A stretch of DNA of 64,000 nt, from the sequence record NC_015251.1; one strand, 5' to 3'. Below are positions 37,545 through 46,426 of the stretch, piece by piece. The notes under the pieces are model-generated. The model ran no database searches. It was not told the origin of the DNA and saw nothing but the letters and a program-made list of their open reading frames with translations. A program made the translations under genes and the position numbers. The stretch's first letter is position 1; each line of letters opens with the position of its first letter.

Positions 37545-37780
37545 CTAAATTTTGATAATTCTACCCATCATCTCTACGGTTTCTACTTCGATGCGGTCGA
37601 AAACCAAAATAGTGTTTATATTGGATGACACATCAATTTCTTCTACCTGTTTCATCCAGCAAGGGAAATCTTCTGAGCCATAATAAAATATAGCTCTCTT
37701 GCCAGACACCAATCGACCCTTCGAATTCTTCCTTTGAGTTGAAAAGTTGATAACCCATCAATTTCATAATAGCAATGGTT
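37545..37780 (-). pseudogene. frameshifted ORF (YYGSEDFPCWMKQV)
   Basis: Fragments in two frames; motif resembles SDFPLYMKEV in 40225-40467. Confidence 0.5.
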
Positions 37781-37785
37781 TTCAT

Positions 37786-37938
37786 TTATACCTCTACAAT
37801 TTCAATAGTACATTCTTCACCATAAAAGGCTTCATTACAGATCCGCTTTGCAAAACTAGTTGCACCCTTAAGAGTCTTGCGAACTTCATACGAGATAGAA
37901 CCAGTCTGACCAGTAACAGTTATTTTGTAATCTTTCAT
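37786..37938 (-). CDS. small hypothetical protein
   Basis: GAGGG RBS; promoter upstream. Confidence 0.7.
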   Translation of the reverse strand: MKDYKITVTGQTGSISYEVRKTLKGATSFAKRICNEAFYGEECTIEIVEV

Positions 37939-37958
37939 GGTGTGTCCCTCTTGTTTCG

Positions 37959-37994
37959 ATACATCCATATTACCAGACTGGATTATTGAGTCAA
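37959..37994 (-). repeat. 36-bp exact direct repeat / early promoter, copy 2
   Basis: Identical to 37509-37544. Confidence 0.9.
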
Positions 37995-37995
37995 G

Positions 37996-38343
37996 TCAAA
38001 CAGACGGTATATTTTTACGATGAGTTTCCAGAGCTTCAATTAGTTCCCGCTCTTTCTTTTTCCATTCCATCATAAGATCTGTATTCATAGGATCTGTATG
38101 GAGAGGTTCAGCCGGATTCAAGTAGTCTTTAACCATCATATCGGTGTAGAAGCACCAACATTCCGGATGGTTATCGATATTATATTCAGTACCACTATCC
38201 ATCATAATGGAGACTATACCACCATAACAAACATTATCTCCATCAAGTTTGGTTACAGTGAAGGAAGCACCCACTACCATTTCTGGGAATACTTTCGGAA
38301 AATCTTCAAAATCTCTCTTGATGGTAAAACGTTGATTCAGCAT
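37996..38343 (-). CDS. hypothetical protein, paralog of the N-terminal domain of 38717-39196
   Basis: FPEMVVGASFTVTK..GTEYNID..ECWCFYT vs FPLMVVGNTFTVTK..GTIYNID..EFWCFYT. Confidence 0.75.
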   Translation of the reverse strand: MLNQRFTIKRDFEDFPKVFPEMVVGASFTVTKLDGDNVCYGGIVSIMMDSGTEYNIDNHPECWCFYTDMMVKDYLNPAEPLHTDPMNTDLMMEWKKKERELIEALETHRKNIPSV

Positions 38344-38404
38344 AAAAACTCCTTAACCGTTTCGATATAGGTATCTTACCAAAGGGCCGATCATATAGCA
38401 AGCT

Positions 38405-38713
38405 TTAGATAACAATAGAATCGAAAATTTTACTCTTTTCCTTATCCTTAATATCGCGTTTCCGCTTTGCAAAAGCTCGGCATATAGAATCAACTTCCTG
38501 TCGAGTAAACACACCTTCCTCATAATATCCAGAGTCCTCATAATATCCATCGTGTACCAATACAAGATAATCCTGTGGGTGATCCCGACCACCAAGCCGA
38601 TATTTAAGATGGAGAGTCCCAGCGATAGTAGTACACCCATGAGGGTCGCCAGTATAATTACCATCTTCAATATTGGTACAAATGCGTTTCAATTTCAGTT
38701 CACGTTCAGACAT
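38405..38713 (-). CDS. hypothetical protein
   Basis: Packed ORF. Confidence 0.65.
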   Translation of the reverse strand: MSERELKLKRICTNIEDGNYTGDPHGCTTIAGTLHLKYRLGGRDHPQDYLVLVHDGYYEDSGYYEEGVFTRQEVDSICRAFAKRKRDIKDKEKSKIFDSIVI

Positions 38714-38716
38714 ATA

Positions 38717-39196
38717 TTACTCCACGATTTCAAGATATTTGTGTTCGCGCTTAAAAAACACAATTCGATTACCCACAACAAAAAGATTATTAAGTGCAAT
38801 CAATCCGCTTGGATATTGAGTAGCTTCGTGAAACCTATCACCCATTAGATCCGAAACCCATTGGTTTGGAAGATAATCACTAATGTATTCTTCTCTATGT
38901 TTGGGACTTTTAAATCGTACTTTCATACTTGGTGCATTAATTTCCAACAGACGACATGTGATCATATTCTCAGTATAGAAGCACCAGAACTCTAATTGGA
39001 TATCGATATTATAAATTGTACCACACCCCATGGTGATTTCTGTCATACCAGCAGTCATACCCGAATATGTACCAGACCCATCTGTTAGATGGCTTATTTT
39101 GGTAACTGTGAAAGTATTCCCAACAACCATAAGCGGGAAATGTTTTACCAAGGCAGGAGCGCAAGACTCGATAATCTTATAACGTTTATTCAACAT
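38717..39196 (-). CDS. two-domain fusion: 37996-like domain plus MKIKFKS domain
   Basis: Internal MKVRFKSPKHR..KYLEIVE. Confidence 0.75.
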   Translation of the reverse strand: MLNKRYKIIESCAPALVKHFPLMVVGNTFTVTKISHLTDGSGTYSGMTAGMTEITMGCGTIYNIDIQLEFWCFYTENMITCRLLEINAPSMKVRFKSPKHREEYISDYLPNQWVSDLMGDRFHEATQYPSGLIALNNLFVVGNRIVFFKREHKYLEIVE

Positions 39197-39199
39197 ATA

Positions 39200-39457
39200 T
39201 TACTCCACGATTTCAAGATATTGGATTTCTTCATCAAAGAAGTATGCACGAATTCCCCATCCGAATTCCCCACAAGGTTTACCTTTATTATCCAGAGATA
39301 TTGAAGACGTATCATCATTTACCAGTTCTATCATATCGCTATGGTATTGGATAGCTGTATGAGCTTCCATACCCATATACTCAGCAATGGCCTGATTTGC
39401 ATTACTACCAGAGGCAAACACAAACTTATGTTCAGGGCTTTTAAATCTTACTTTCAT
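39200..39457 (-). CDS. MKIKFKS-family protein
   Basis: MKVRFKSPEHK..ANQAIAEYMGM..YLEIVE. Confidence 0.8.
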   Translation of the reverse strand: MKVRFKSPEHKFVFASGSNANQAIAEYMGMEAHTAIQYHSDMIELVNDDTSSISLDNKGKPCGEFGWGIRAYFFDEEIQYLEIVE

Positions 39458-39460
39458 AAG

Positions 39461-39709
39461 TTATTCTCCTTCAATAACAAAGTAACTACGCTCATGCATA
39501 TAAATGGCTGCATTCCAACCATCATAAAGATCCTGATATGGATAAGGGATAATGATACCTTTACCATCTTTGATCAGTTCGATGATACCATCATTATGGT
39601 TAATAGCCTCATGAGTTCCCATACCCATATACTCAGCAATGGCCTGATTTGCATAACACGTATCAGCGAATTCTTGGCGGGCCTTTTCTGACTTGAAACG
39701 AATCTTCAT
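39461..39709 (-). CDS. MKIKFKS-family protein
   Basis: MKIRFKSEKAR..ANQAIAEYMGM. Confidence 0.8.
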   Translation of the reverse strand: MKIRFKSEKARQEFADTCYANQAIAEYMGMGTHEAINHNDGIIELIKDGKGIIIPYPYQDLYDGWNAAIYMHERSYFVIEGE

Positions 39710-39718
39710 AATATCCCC

Positions 39719-39937
39719 TTAGTGGACCAGAGTTTTGGTTTTCTTGGTGATGATAGTAACGGCCTTATGACCATTGTTGCGAACACCACGGCCCACAGAC
39801 AGGGTTTTGTTGCCAGTGGAAACTACGTCAACACTGCGAGCCCAACGCTTAGGAGCAGTAGAGCCATTGTTGGTCATCTTACCGAAACCAGCAACGCGAG
39901 CAGCAGAACGAGTGGCGAAGAAGATTTGAGCAGTCAT
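39719..39937 (-). CDS. small basic protein, paralog of 17018-17245
   Basis: FFATRSAAR..FGKMTNNG..KRWAR. Confidence 0.8.
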   Translation of the reverse strand: MTAQIFFATRSAARVAGFGKMTNNGSTAPKRWARSVDVVSTGNKTLSVGRGVRNNGHKAVTIITKKTKTLVH

Positions 39938-39962
39938 AGTAATTTCCTTTTTCAATAAGAGG

Positions 39963-40011
39963 GGGTTTCTGTCTACGGGATTAGTATCTCAATTAGCGTC
40001 TTGTATGTCAA
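39963..40011 (-). promoter_or_regulatory. early promoter cassette with 30-bp repeated leader
   Basis: TTGACA-17-GATACT. Confidence 0.85.
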
Positions 40012-40224
40012 CCAATTATTTTTCTGAAATCAACAAAACTTTGAAACCCCAGATAACCCTTTTCCGACAATCCACACACTAGGATATGTAGAACATACAT
40101 AAAGAACTTTACTGATTTACTCGATTCACGGGTGTCGTGATATGTACCGACACCATTGAAGATGATCCCAGATAGAAACAGACCCGTGATTAGAGAAAAT
40201 CCAGTATGACTATTAACGATGATA

Positions 40225-40467
40225 TCAATCATGGTAATGCTCCTGAACAATTTTAGGGTCTACAGTTGAGAAGTTAAGAATTTCAACATCATTGTCACGG
40301 TCGTGTGTGATGACTTCTTTCATGTAAAGGGGAAAATCACTTTCTTCATAATCCCGAGCAAAAAACATATTATCCCCGTAGTACGTAAAGTAGCGGGTAC
40401 AAAAATTGTTATACTCTGATACATCATTGATGAGGGTATACCCAATCTTAACCATAAAATCGTGCAT
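40225..40467 (-). CDS. hypothetical protein
   Basis: AAGGAG RBS. Confidence 0.7.
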   Translation of the reverse strand: MHDFMVKIGYTLINDVSEYNNFCTRYFTYYGDNMFFARDYEESDFPLYMKEVITHDRDNDVEILNFSTVDPKIVQEHYHD

Positions 40468-40503
40468 AATAATCTCCTTAGCTTTCCAACAGCTTTTTGA
40501 TTT

Positions 40504-40552
40504 GGGTTTCTGTCTACGGGATTAGTATCTCAAAATGTGGCCTTTGTGTCAA
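40504..40552 (-). promoter_or_regulatory. early promoter cassette with 30-bp repeated leader
   Basis: TTGACA-17-GATACT. Confidence 0.85.
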
Positions 40553-40754
40553 CAACTATTTCTTCCACTACAACAAAATCCCCAAATCCAAAATCGTACT
40601 CACTGCGGATGTGGTCTGGAAACCTTGGGATAACTTTCCAATCAGAGCGATACACAGAGAGTATATCTTCTGGGTGTTGGTTGTATTCCTTTTTCATTGG
40701 ATACGGAATACGAACACAACCCAGATCATAAGATAAGTAATATGTTACTTTCAT
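40530..40754 (-). CDS. hypothetical protein
   Basis: Packed ORF. Confidence 0.65.
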   Translation of the reverse strand: MKVTYYLSYDLGCVRIPYPMKKEYNQHPEDILSVYRSDWKVIPRFPDHIRSEYDFGFGDFVVVEEIVVDTKATF

Positions 40755-40931
40755 CAGTTTACATCACTCCATATAGTGTATACGTCGTGAGAAACCTCAA
40801 AATCTACATATTGAAAACCAACACCTATCCAATATTTCTTTCTTAGGAAGAACTTACCAGAGTTCGCCTTCCACCCAAAAACAACATCAGTCATATTCAC
40901 CATTATTATATCCCTCAGAAACAACAATAGT

Positions 40932-40960
40932 AGTATCTCAAAACACGCTATCTAAGTCAA
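40932..40960 (-). promoter_or_regulatory. early promoter
   Basis: TTGACT-17-GATACT. Confidence 0.75.
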
Positions 40961-41221
40961 TCAATTTTCCAACAGCTTTTTGATGTCTTCCATATCATCT
41001 TTCAAAGAAGGCATCCAATACTTAGCAGGGAAACAGTTGAGGAATTCCATATAAGCTCGGATGGTATCTATACACTCTTGAATATCACCGTAATAGATAG
41101 ACTCACAAGCCCAATCATAATCTACCCCGACAACATTACTGGCCTGATCATAGATTTCATCAGTGATATCATTCTCTGCAACGTTAACCACTTTCTTAGC
41201 AAGGGATACTACGTAATTCAT
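40961..41221 (-). CDS. hypothetical protein
   Basis: AGGAG RBS. Confidence 0.7.
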   Translation of the reverse strand: MNYVVSLAKKVVNVAENDITDEIYDQASNVVGVDYDWACESIYYGDIQECIDTIRAYMEFLNCFPAKYWMPSLKDDMEDIKKLLEN

Positions 41222-41269
41222 GATATTCTCCTTAGATGATTTGGGAATGTCCCCAACAAAGCTAGTGTC

Positions 41270-41491
41270 TCATACCTGTTTGTATTCGTCAACCATCTTT
41301 TTAATTTCCATCAACAAAATCATTTCCAGCTTGGAGATCTGTTCTGGGGTCAGAAACTCGTCTGGGGTTTCTGATGAGTATTCACCTTTAGAACGAAGTC
41401 CAGCAACAAAGCCCAAGTGTGTACCCGAATCATATCTGGATTGTACACACAGTTTTTCAGTTTCGCTAATTGTAACAGTAAACATAAACAA
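41270..41491 (-). CDS. hypothetical protein
   Basis: GAGGG RBS. Confidence 0.65.
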   Translation of the reverse strand: MFMFTVTISETEKLCVQSRYDSGTHLGFVAGLRSKGEYSSETPDEFLTPEQISKLEMILLMEIKKMVDEYKQV

Positions 41492-41684
41492 CCCTCTTTT
41501 ACGCTTCTTTAACTTTTAGGTGGAATGCACCAACATATTTTTCTTTAATCAGTTTCTTAGCAGAATCTGAGGTTGTCGCCCAAACACTTTCAGACAGAAC
41601 CTTGTCTCCAAAGATAACGGAATCTTGAATACGGAAAGAAACAACAAATCGTTTTTGCATGATATCCCCTCGGTTTATACGGAT

Positions 41685-41720
41685 AGCATAGCAAAGGGCC
41701 TATCGTATGACAAGCCCTTT
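41685..41720 (-). promoter_or_regulatory. promoter/terminator cassette
   Basis: TTGTCA-17-TATGCT; AAAGGGCTTGTC/GATAGGCCCTTT hairpin. Confidence 0.8.
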
Positions 41721-41727
41721 TTTAAAT

Positions 41728-42453
41728 TTATTTTAAAATCAAATTTAGATGTTTCTCATTATCAACACTCATCGATCTAACCCTACGGCTTTGGTGTTTA
41801 GCCACATTAGATACGTATCCCATATCATCAAATATCATAATATTGATTAGCTTATCGTTATGAGTATCTGTCTCGAACTTAATCAGTTCTGGGGACGCAT
41901 AGATGAAATGGTCTAGTTCACAAAAGATAGGGTATCCACCGGAAGCCTTTATATGTGCAACCGTCCTATCAAATTTCTCTTTGACTAGAACATAGAATTG
42001 GTCATCAATAATATTAGTTAGATCCCGAATCGCAACAAAAAAGGAATTAACCATCATTTTGGATATCAAATTAAAACTATTACCCTTGAATCGGAAATGG
42101 TGTCTAACTTGATTCAGAACATCAATAATATCACGCAATGGATGACCCGCAACAATCACATCTCCATAATGGTCATGAAGGATCTGGTTATACATATGAC
42201 GATATCCAGAAGTCCATATAGAGTTTTCATCACCAGTTTCAATTAGTCGTTTACGTACATTGGTTACATGAAAGCATTCTAGGAAGTTCTGTCGTCTAAC
42301 TTGAGACTTGGTACGAACGTTTTTAATACACAACGGGGAAAATGGGTTTGTATAGAAATAATCCATGACCACTTTATACTCATCATTCCCCAGCTCATCT
42401 ATAAATCTTTCTTTTTCTAATTGAGTTACAAACTTTACAATATTATCAAACAT
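41728..42453 (-). CDS. putative catalytically inactive family-B polymerase palm/fingers-like protein
   Basis: GYRHMYNQIL (motif A-like), KMMVNSFF (motif B KxxxNS), GYPIFCELDH (motif C-like) in the correct order. Confidence 0.5.
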   Translation of the reverse strand: MFDNIVKFVTQLEKERFIDELGNDEYKVVMDYFYTNPFSPLCIKNVRTKSQVRRQNFLECFHVTNVRKRLIETGDENSIWTSGYRHMYNQILHDHYGDVIVAGHPLRDIIDVLNQVRHHFRFKGNSFNLISKMMVNSFFVAIRDLTNIIDDQFYVLVKEKFDRTVAHIKASGGYPIFCELDHFIYASPELIKFETDTHNDKLINIMIFDDMGYVSNVAKHQSRRVRSMSVDNEKHLNLILK

Positions 42454-42520
42454 CTTTTATTTCCTCACTTATAGTTTAGGTTTAAAGCTCAATTGGATTA
42501 CCCTATGAGCCCTTTTAAAA

Positions 42521-42781
42521 TCATTTTACAATAAATTTAGTATCAACATCTTTCATGATGGAAGACAATTCCCAGTAATCTTCAATCCATGATTCATAAA
42601 CATTACCATCGTCATCTTCACCTATAATACACCAGTTATGAAGAACCTCATCAATATACTTAAAGCTCTCACTGAATAGGTTGTCGGGGTCTCCCCAGAT
42701 CATAACAAATGAACCATTTTGGGGCATAGTATCAACTATTTTCATTTTGATTCCAATTATCCTTGCACCATTTTGGTGCAT
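42521..42781 (-). CDS. hypothetical protein
   Basis: MPQNGSFVMIW resembles MPESGIFTAVW at the end of 50921-51688. Confidence 0.65.
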   Translation of the reverse strand: MHQNGARIIGIKMKIVDTMPQNGSFVMIWGDPDNLFSESFKYIDEVLHNWCIIGEDDDGNVYESWIEDYWELSSIMKDVDTKFIVK

Positions 42782-43041
42782 TAGCTAACAACTACCCCAG
42801 AAACCAATGAACTAGGATCTACTTCCTTTCCGAACTTTAGATACTTACGAGCAGCCAGATCCTTAGATTCACCAACAGATGGCTTTCCATCATTTAGTTC
42901 CCGCAGCATACGGTCATACAGCTCACTGGTGAACTTCTGATGGAATCGCCACACATAAAGGGAACCATCCTTCTCTATCCACTGAAACGGGCCTATGGTC
43001 ATTCCATCTTCAACATGGGGTGCCTTAACAATCAGTTTCAT
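42781..43041 (-). CDS. hypothetical protein
   Basis: Packed ORF. Confidence 0.7.
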   Translation of the reverse strand: MKLIVKAPHVEDGMTIGPFQWIEKDGSLYVWRFHQKFTSELYDRMLRELNDGKPSVGESKDLAARKYLKFGKEVDPSSLVSGVVVS

Positions 43042-43313
43042 ACTATATAATCCTCGATTTTAATAAGAGTGTCACGCCATGGAATAGAAGTTTCTACAAC
43101 ACCAATTATATCGGTATTATATCCATCCTTATCATCCAACCAATAACCATAATTGTTATGGGGACGATTCATAAAACAAAATACAGATCCCCCGTCATTC
43201 ATAGCAATATATCCATCCTTATATGATTGTTTAACAATGAAATTGATACCATAGTAATTAACTATAATAAAATCCAAATTGTATTTCATATAGTTTAGTT
43301 TCATATCAATCAC
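43038..43313 (-). CDS. phage protein, paralog of 44435-44731
   Basis: NYYGINFIV..GYIAMNDGGSVFCF..P..YW. Confidence 0.7.
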   Translation of the reverse strand: MIDMKLNYMKYNLDFIIVNYYGINFIVKQSYKDGYIAMNDGGSVFCFMNRPHNNYGYWLDDKDGYNTDIIGVVETSIPWRDTLIKIEDYIV

Positions 43314-43545
43314 CCCTTACCAATCTTAAAGCTTCGTTCTGGAATACTTCTCTACCACCATCCCAGAAACGAACATGGATACCTTCATCATCTACTTTGT
43401 AGACAACACCATTTCGATCTGTATCTTTATGGTTCACGATATTACCAATATCTAGAATTTCTTTTTCTTTATATGTCCATACAGTTTCAAAATTATCATT
43501 ACGCCACATTTCAAATACACCATCACCAACATGGGGAAAGTGCAT
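43306..43545 (-). CDS. hypothetical protein
   Basis: Overlaps upstream ORF; junction probably frameshifted. Confidence 0.5.
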   Translation of the reverse strand: MHFPHVGDGVFEMWRNDNFETVWTYKEKEILDIGNIVNHKDTDRNGVVYKVDDEGIHVRFWDGGREVFQNEALRLVRGD

Positions 43546-43853
43546 TCCTCATTTGCTGAACAGTAATAAAACTGGGAATTAGTTTTAAATGAAAAAGGTG
43601 TAGGTTCTTTATTATGTTCTATCAGCTTAAAATACTTTTTGGGAAGTTTCCATTCCCCAAATGGATTTAATGGATGGTTTGCGGTATCTGTGGCGATGAT
43701 TAAATCAACCCCGTCATAACCATTAACTACTACTTTAGTACCCACATCAATTGCTATATAACCGTGGAATCTAACAGTTTCAACGCAAACCATTTCACAA
43801 CCAATATAGATACCGTCATTAGGGGCATATACTATTTCTTCATTCATTCCCAA
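43452..43853 (-). CDS. hypothetical protein
   Basis: Packed ORF; 3' end uncertain. Confidence 0.6.
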   Translation of the reverse strand: MGMNEEIVYAPNDGIYIGCEMVCVETVRFHGYIAIDVGTKVVVNGYDGVDLIIATDTANHPLNPFGEWKLPKKYFKLIEHNKEPTPFSFKTNSQFYYCSANEECTFPMLVMVYLKCGVMIILKLYGHIKKKKF

Positions 43854-44080
43854 TCTTCCTCACTGTGGTACAAGTCATTCCCCAGAAGTTGATACAGTTC
43901 AGCCAAGCTTTCCTGTGCTCTCAACAAGAGATGTGCATGGGGCTTCAACGCAACGTGTACATAACTAATGTCTTCACCATCAACCGACCCCAAAAGGTCA
44001 CCCATCATAATAGATAGAGTATGTACCCTATCCAGTCCAATCAGAATGTTTTCAGGAGATTCATACTTTTTATTTTCCAT
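43844..44080 (-). CDS. hypothetical protein
   Basis: GAGGG RBS. Confidence 0.7.
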   Translation of the reverse strand: MENKKYESPENILIGLDRVHTLSIMMGDLLGSVDGEDISYVHVALKPHAHLLLRAQESLAELYQLLGNDLYHSEEDWE

Positions 44081-44091
44081 ACAACCCTCGA

Positions 44092-44433
44092 TTAAAATAC
44101 TTCTTGAAGACGACCATCACAAAACATAAAAAACACATCAGATTTCATCTGTTCATACAATTCGGGAATGCTCATCAGCATCTTCCCAGTACCATACTTA
44201 CTTCCACAATTTACGAATTCTTTAATGGTTTCCAAAATCATTACTTCAGACCCATCTGTGAAAACTAATTTCAGATCTCCGTATTCATCATAACACCAAA
44301 TAACCAATCGTTGCTGACCATTTAGATCGGTATAGGTAAACCAATGAGTATATCCCATATACAGATCATATAAGTATGGTTTGATTGAATGGATTTGTCC
44401 GTATGTCAAACTAAAAACTAAAGTTGAAAACAT
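44092..44433 (-). CDS. hypothetical protein
   Basis: Packed ORF. Confidence 0.7.
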   Translation of the reverse strand: MFSTLVFSLTYGQIHSIKPYLYDLYMGYTHWFTYTDLNGQQRLVIWCYDEYGDLKLVFTDGSEVMILETIKEFVNCGSKYGTGKMLMSIPELYEQMKSDVFFMFCDGRLQEVF

Positions 44434-44434
44434 A

Positions 44435-44731
44435 TTATTTTCCTAAGTATTTTGTTACAGAATTGTTTTGGAGACTAACAAGAGTATCCTTCCAATCCAT
44501 ATCGGTTTCTACGGTAGCAATAGCACAAGAATCCCCACGTTCACTAGACCAATATTCTACCTTACAATCATAATAACGTACAATGGAAGGTTTACCCTGA
44601 AATGCATACACAACCAGATCCGGATCCATTACCAAGTAACCATGCAAATACTTCATGGGAACAATTAGACGAACTCCATGAAAGTCTACCCCAAAAGTAG
44701 GAGCTACATCATTCTGACTAACTAGCTTCAT
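44435..44731 (-). CDS. phage protein, paralog of 43038-43313
   Basis: DFHGVRLIV..GYLVMDPDLVVYAF..P..YW. Confidence 0.7.
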   Translation of the reverse strand: MKLVSQNDVAPTFGVDFHGVRLIVPMKYLHGYLVMDPDLVVYAFQGKPSIVRYYDCKVEYWSSERGDSCAIATVETDMDWKDTLVSLQNNSVTKYLGK

Positions 44732-44988
44732 TTTGTAATCCTCTTACGGAACATATTGTGCCATGCGGTTTGTGGTTCCATATTATATTTGTTAGCCAAT
44801 TCCGCAAGCTCTACATAGAACGGATCCGCTGGTGGGGTAATGATTACCTCGTCCATACCATCAAGGATATCGTATTCATACAAAAGGAATTCACCCGCAG
44901 ATTCACCAACAGAGAATCCGTCTATAGCAACACCGAACCCACGACTATCAACCTCAACCTGCATAACCCGATCTGGAAAATCATACAC
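44728..44988 (-). CDS. hypothetical protein
   Basis: Packed ORF. Confidence 0.65.
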   Translation of the reverse strand: MYDFPDRVMQVEVDSRGFGVAIDGFSVGESAGEFLLYEYDILDGMDEVIITPPADPFYVELAELANKYNMEPQTAWHNMFRKRITK

Positions 44989-45113
44989 CTTCTGGGTTAG
45001 TTCGCCAAAATTTATATCGGTCGGTTGTGTTTTTAAAATTGAACCCGAAATAGTTACTTCGAATTTCGTTTACCCACGAACGCGCAATAGCAGGGGTTTT
45101 GAATTTGAGCTTC

Positions 45114-45566
45114 TTAATCATTAGATTTATTCCACCAAAGTTTAGCCGCAGCCTTTTCTACTGCAATAGAAGTTGTTTTCTCCATGTGGTCGATAAACCA
45201 ACACATTTCCTCGTCTGCATATATAAAGCCCATTTCATCGTCTAGTCGTTCTTTTGAACGACATACATCACACATAGACCTATATTCATATGCTTTATTG
45301 ATGATCTTACTACTCTTAAGAGAAAGAGATTCCCTAAGTTTTTGCATCAATTCATATTCGATTATATGAGGTTGTGAGAATGGGTTATCCTGTCGGTTAT
45401 AGTTGACCTTATTGACCGTTCGTTTAAATATCCAGCCAACAACCTTTGTTTCTTCTAGACGTTCGGCTAGACGTTTCTTAACCAATTGCTTTGCAACTTC
45501 ATGGATCCGAAAATAATTATTGACCGCACGTTCCAACACATGTAATTCAATTTTAGTATGGCTCAT
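45114..45566 (-). CDS. hypothetical protein
   Basis: Packed ORF. Confidence 0.7.
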   Translation of the reverse strand: MSHTKIELHVLERAVNNYFRIHEVAKQLVKKRLAERLEETKVVGWIFKRTVNKVNYNRQDNPFSQPHIIEYELMQKLRESLSLKSSKIINKAYEYRSMCDVCRSKERLDDEMGFIYADEEMCWFIDHMEKTTSIAVEKAAAKLWWNKSND

Positions 45567-45569
45567 TAG

Positions 45570-45875
45570 TTAACCTTTCAGTTCGCGAATTTGTTTTTCA
45601 AGATCTCGGATTTTATCAGACCAATGATATTTTGAATTAGATTCCGTTCGCATTTTTTCATTGATTACTTGAACCTCAGATTGGAAATTTTTAATTCGTT
45701 CATCATGCAATCGAACCCTCGATTTACAAAGTTCAATATCTTTCATGATAACTTCAATCTTATCATCAAGGCTGGTATCAAAAACAACTTCACCGGATGG
45801 CTTACCAATTTTGATGACTACGTTGTATGGGTAATTGGGATCGTTAGTCAATCGAACAGAACTAACCTTAAACAA
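45570..45875 (-). CDS. coiled-coil protein
   Basis: C-terminal heptad pattern; 5' end may be frameshifted. Confidence 0.6.
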   Translation of the reverse strand: MFKVSSVRLTNDPNYPYNVVIKIGKPSGEVVFDTSLDDKIEVIMKDIELCKSRVRLHDERIKNFQSEVQVINEKMRTESNSKYHWSDKIRDLEKQIRELKG

Positions 45876-46201
45876 TTTGGTAAGAACTTCAGAATATATC
45901 GAGTGGTGTAATTGTTCTTAAACCACATACGAACCCCATAGGATTCAACCGTGATTTTGGTTTCATTGAAACGGTTTCGAATACAATATAGGTCTTTTCG
46001 GTTTTCGGTTCCAAACACAGGAGTGATTAGAGAAATAGGGGACCGACCCATTACCAAGTGTTTGGAATCTCGATTCATAATCGCATCCATGAAAACAACC
46101 AGTTTTTCTTTGGTGTTAACATGAGTGGTGATCCACTCGATACGAGAAGAGATAGCAACTGATTTATCTGTCTTGGTAGTTTTCTTAAACATTGCAAACA
46201 T
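45848..46201 (-). CDS. hypothetical protein
   Basis: AAGGA RBS. Confidence 0.65.
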   Translation of the reverse strand: MFAMFKKTTKTDKSVAISSRIEWITTHVNTKEKLVVFMDAIMNRDSKHLVMGRSPISLITPVFGTENRKDLYCIRNRFNETKITVESYGVRMWFKNNYTTRYILKFLPNCLRLVLFD

Positions 46202-46213
46202 TATGAGAGTTCC

Positions 46214-46426
46214 TTAATTAAATTTAGTTTTGATGGTCTTCATCTTACCACATTTCGAGCAACAAACAATGACTACCTGCTTTTTAGATGTGAGTTCTTT
46301 TACATCATACATATAGACCGGTTTGGGTATATTACCACCAATCCGTGCCAGTTGTTCCGCAATACTTTCGGATGTGTATTCGAAAATACTTTTCATATCA
46401 TGAGAACAAAACAGTCTCTTAAACAT
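46214..46426 (-). CDS. small Zn-binding phage protein
   Basis: LFCSH..CSKCGK. Confidence 0.7.
   Translation of the reverse strand: MFKRLFCSHDMKSIFEYTSESIAEQLARIGGNIPKPVYMYDVKELTSKKQVVIVCCSKCGKMKTIKTKFN

Noticed and set aside
38353-38670. Alternative-frame ORF overlapping 38405-38713
   Set aside because: No RBS and atypical composition; at most its end is the frameshifted tail of the real gene.
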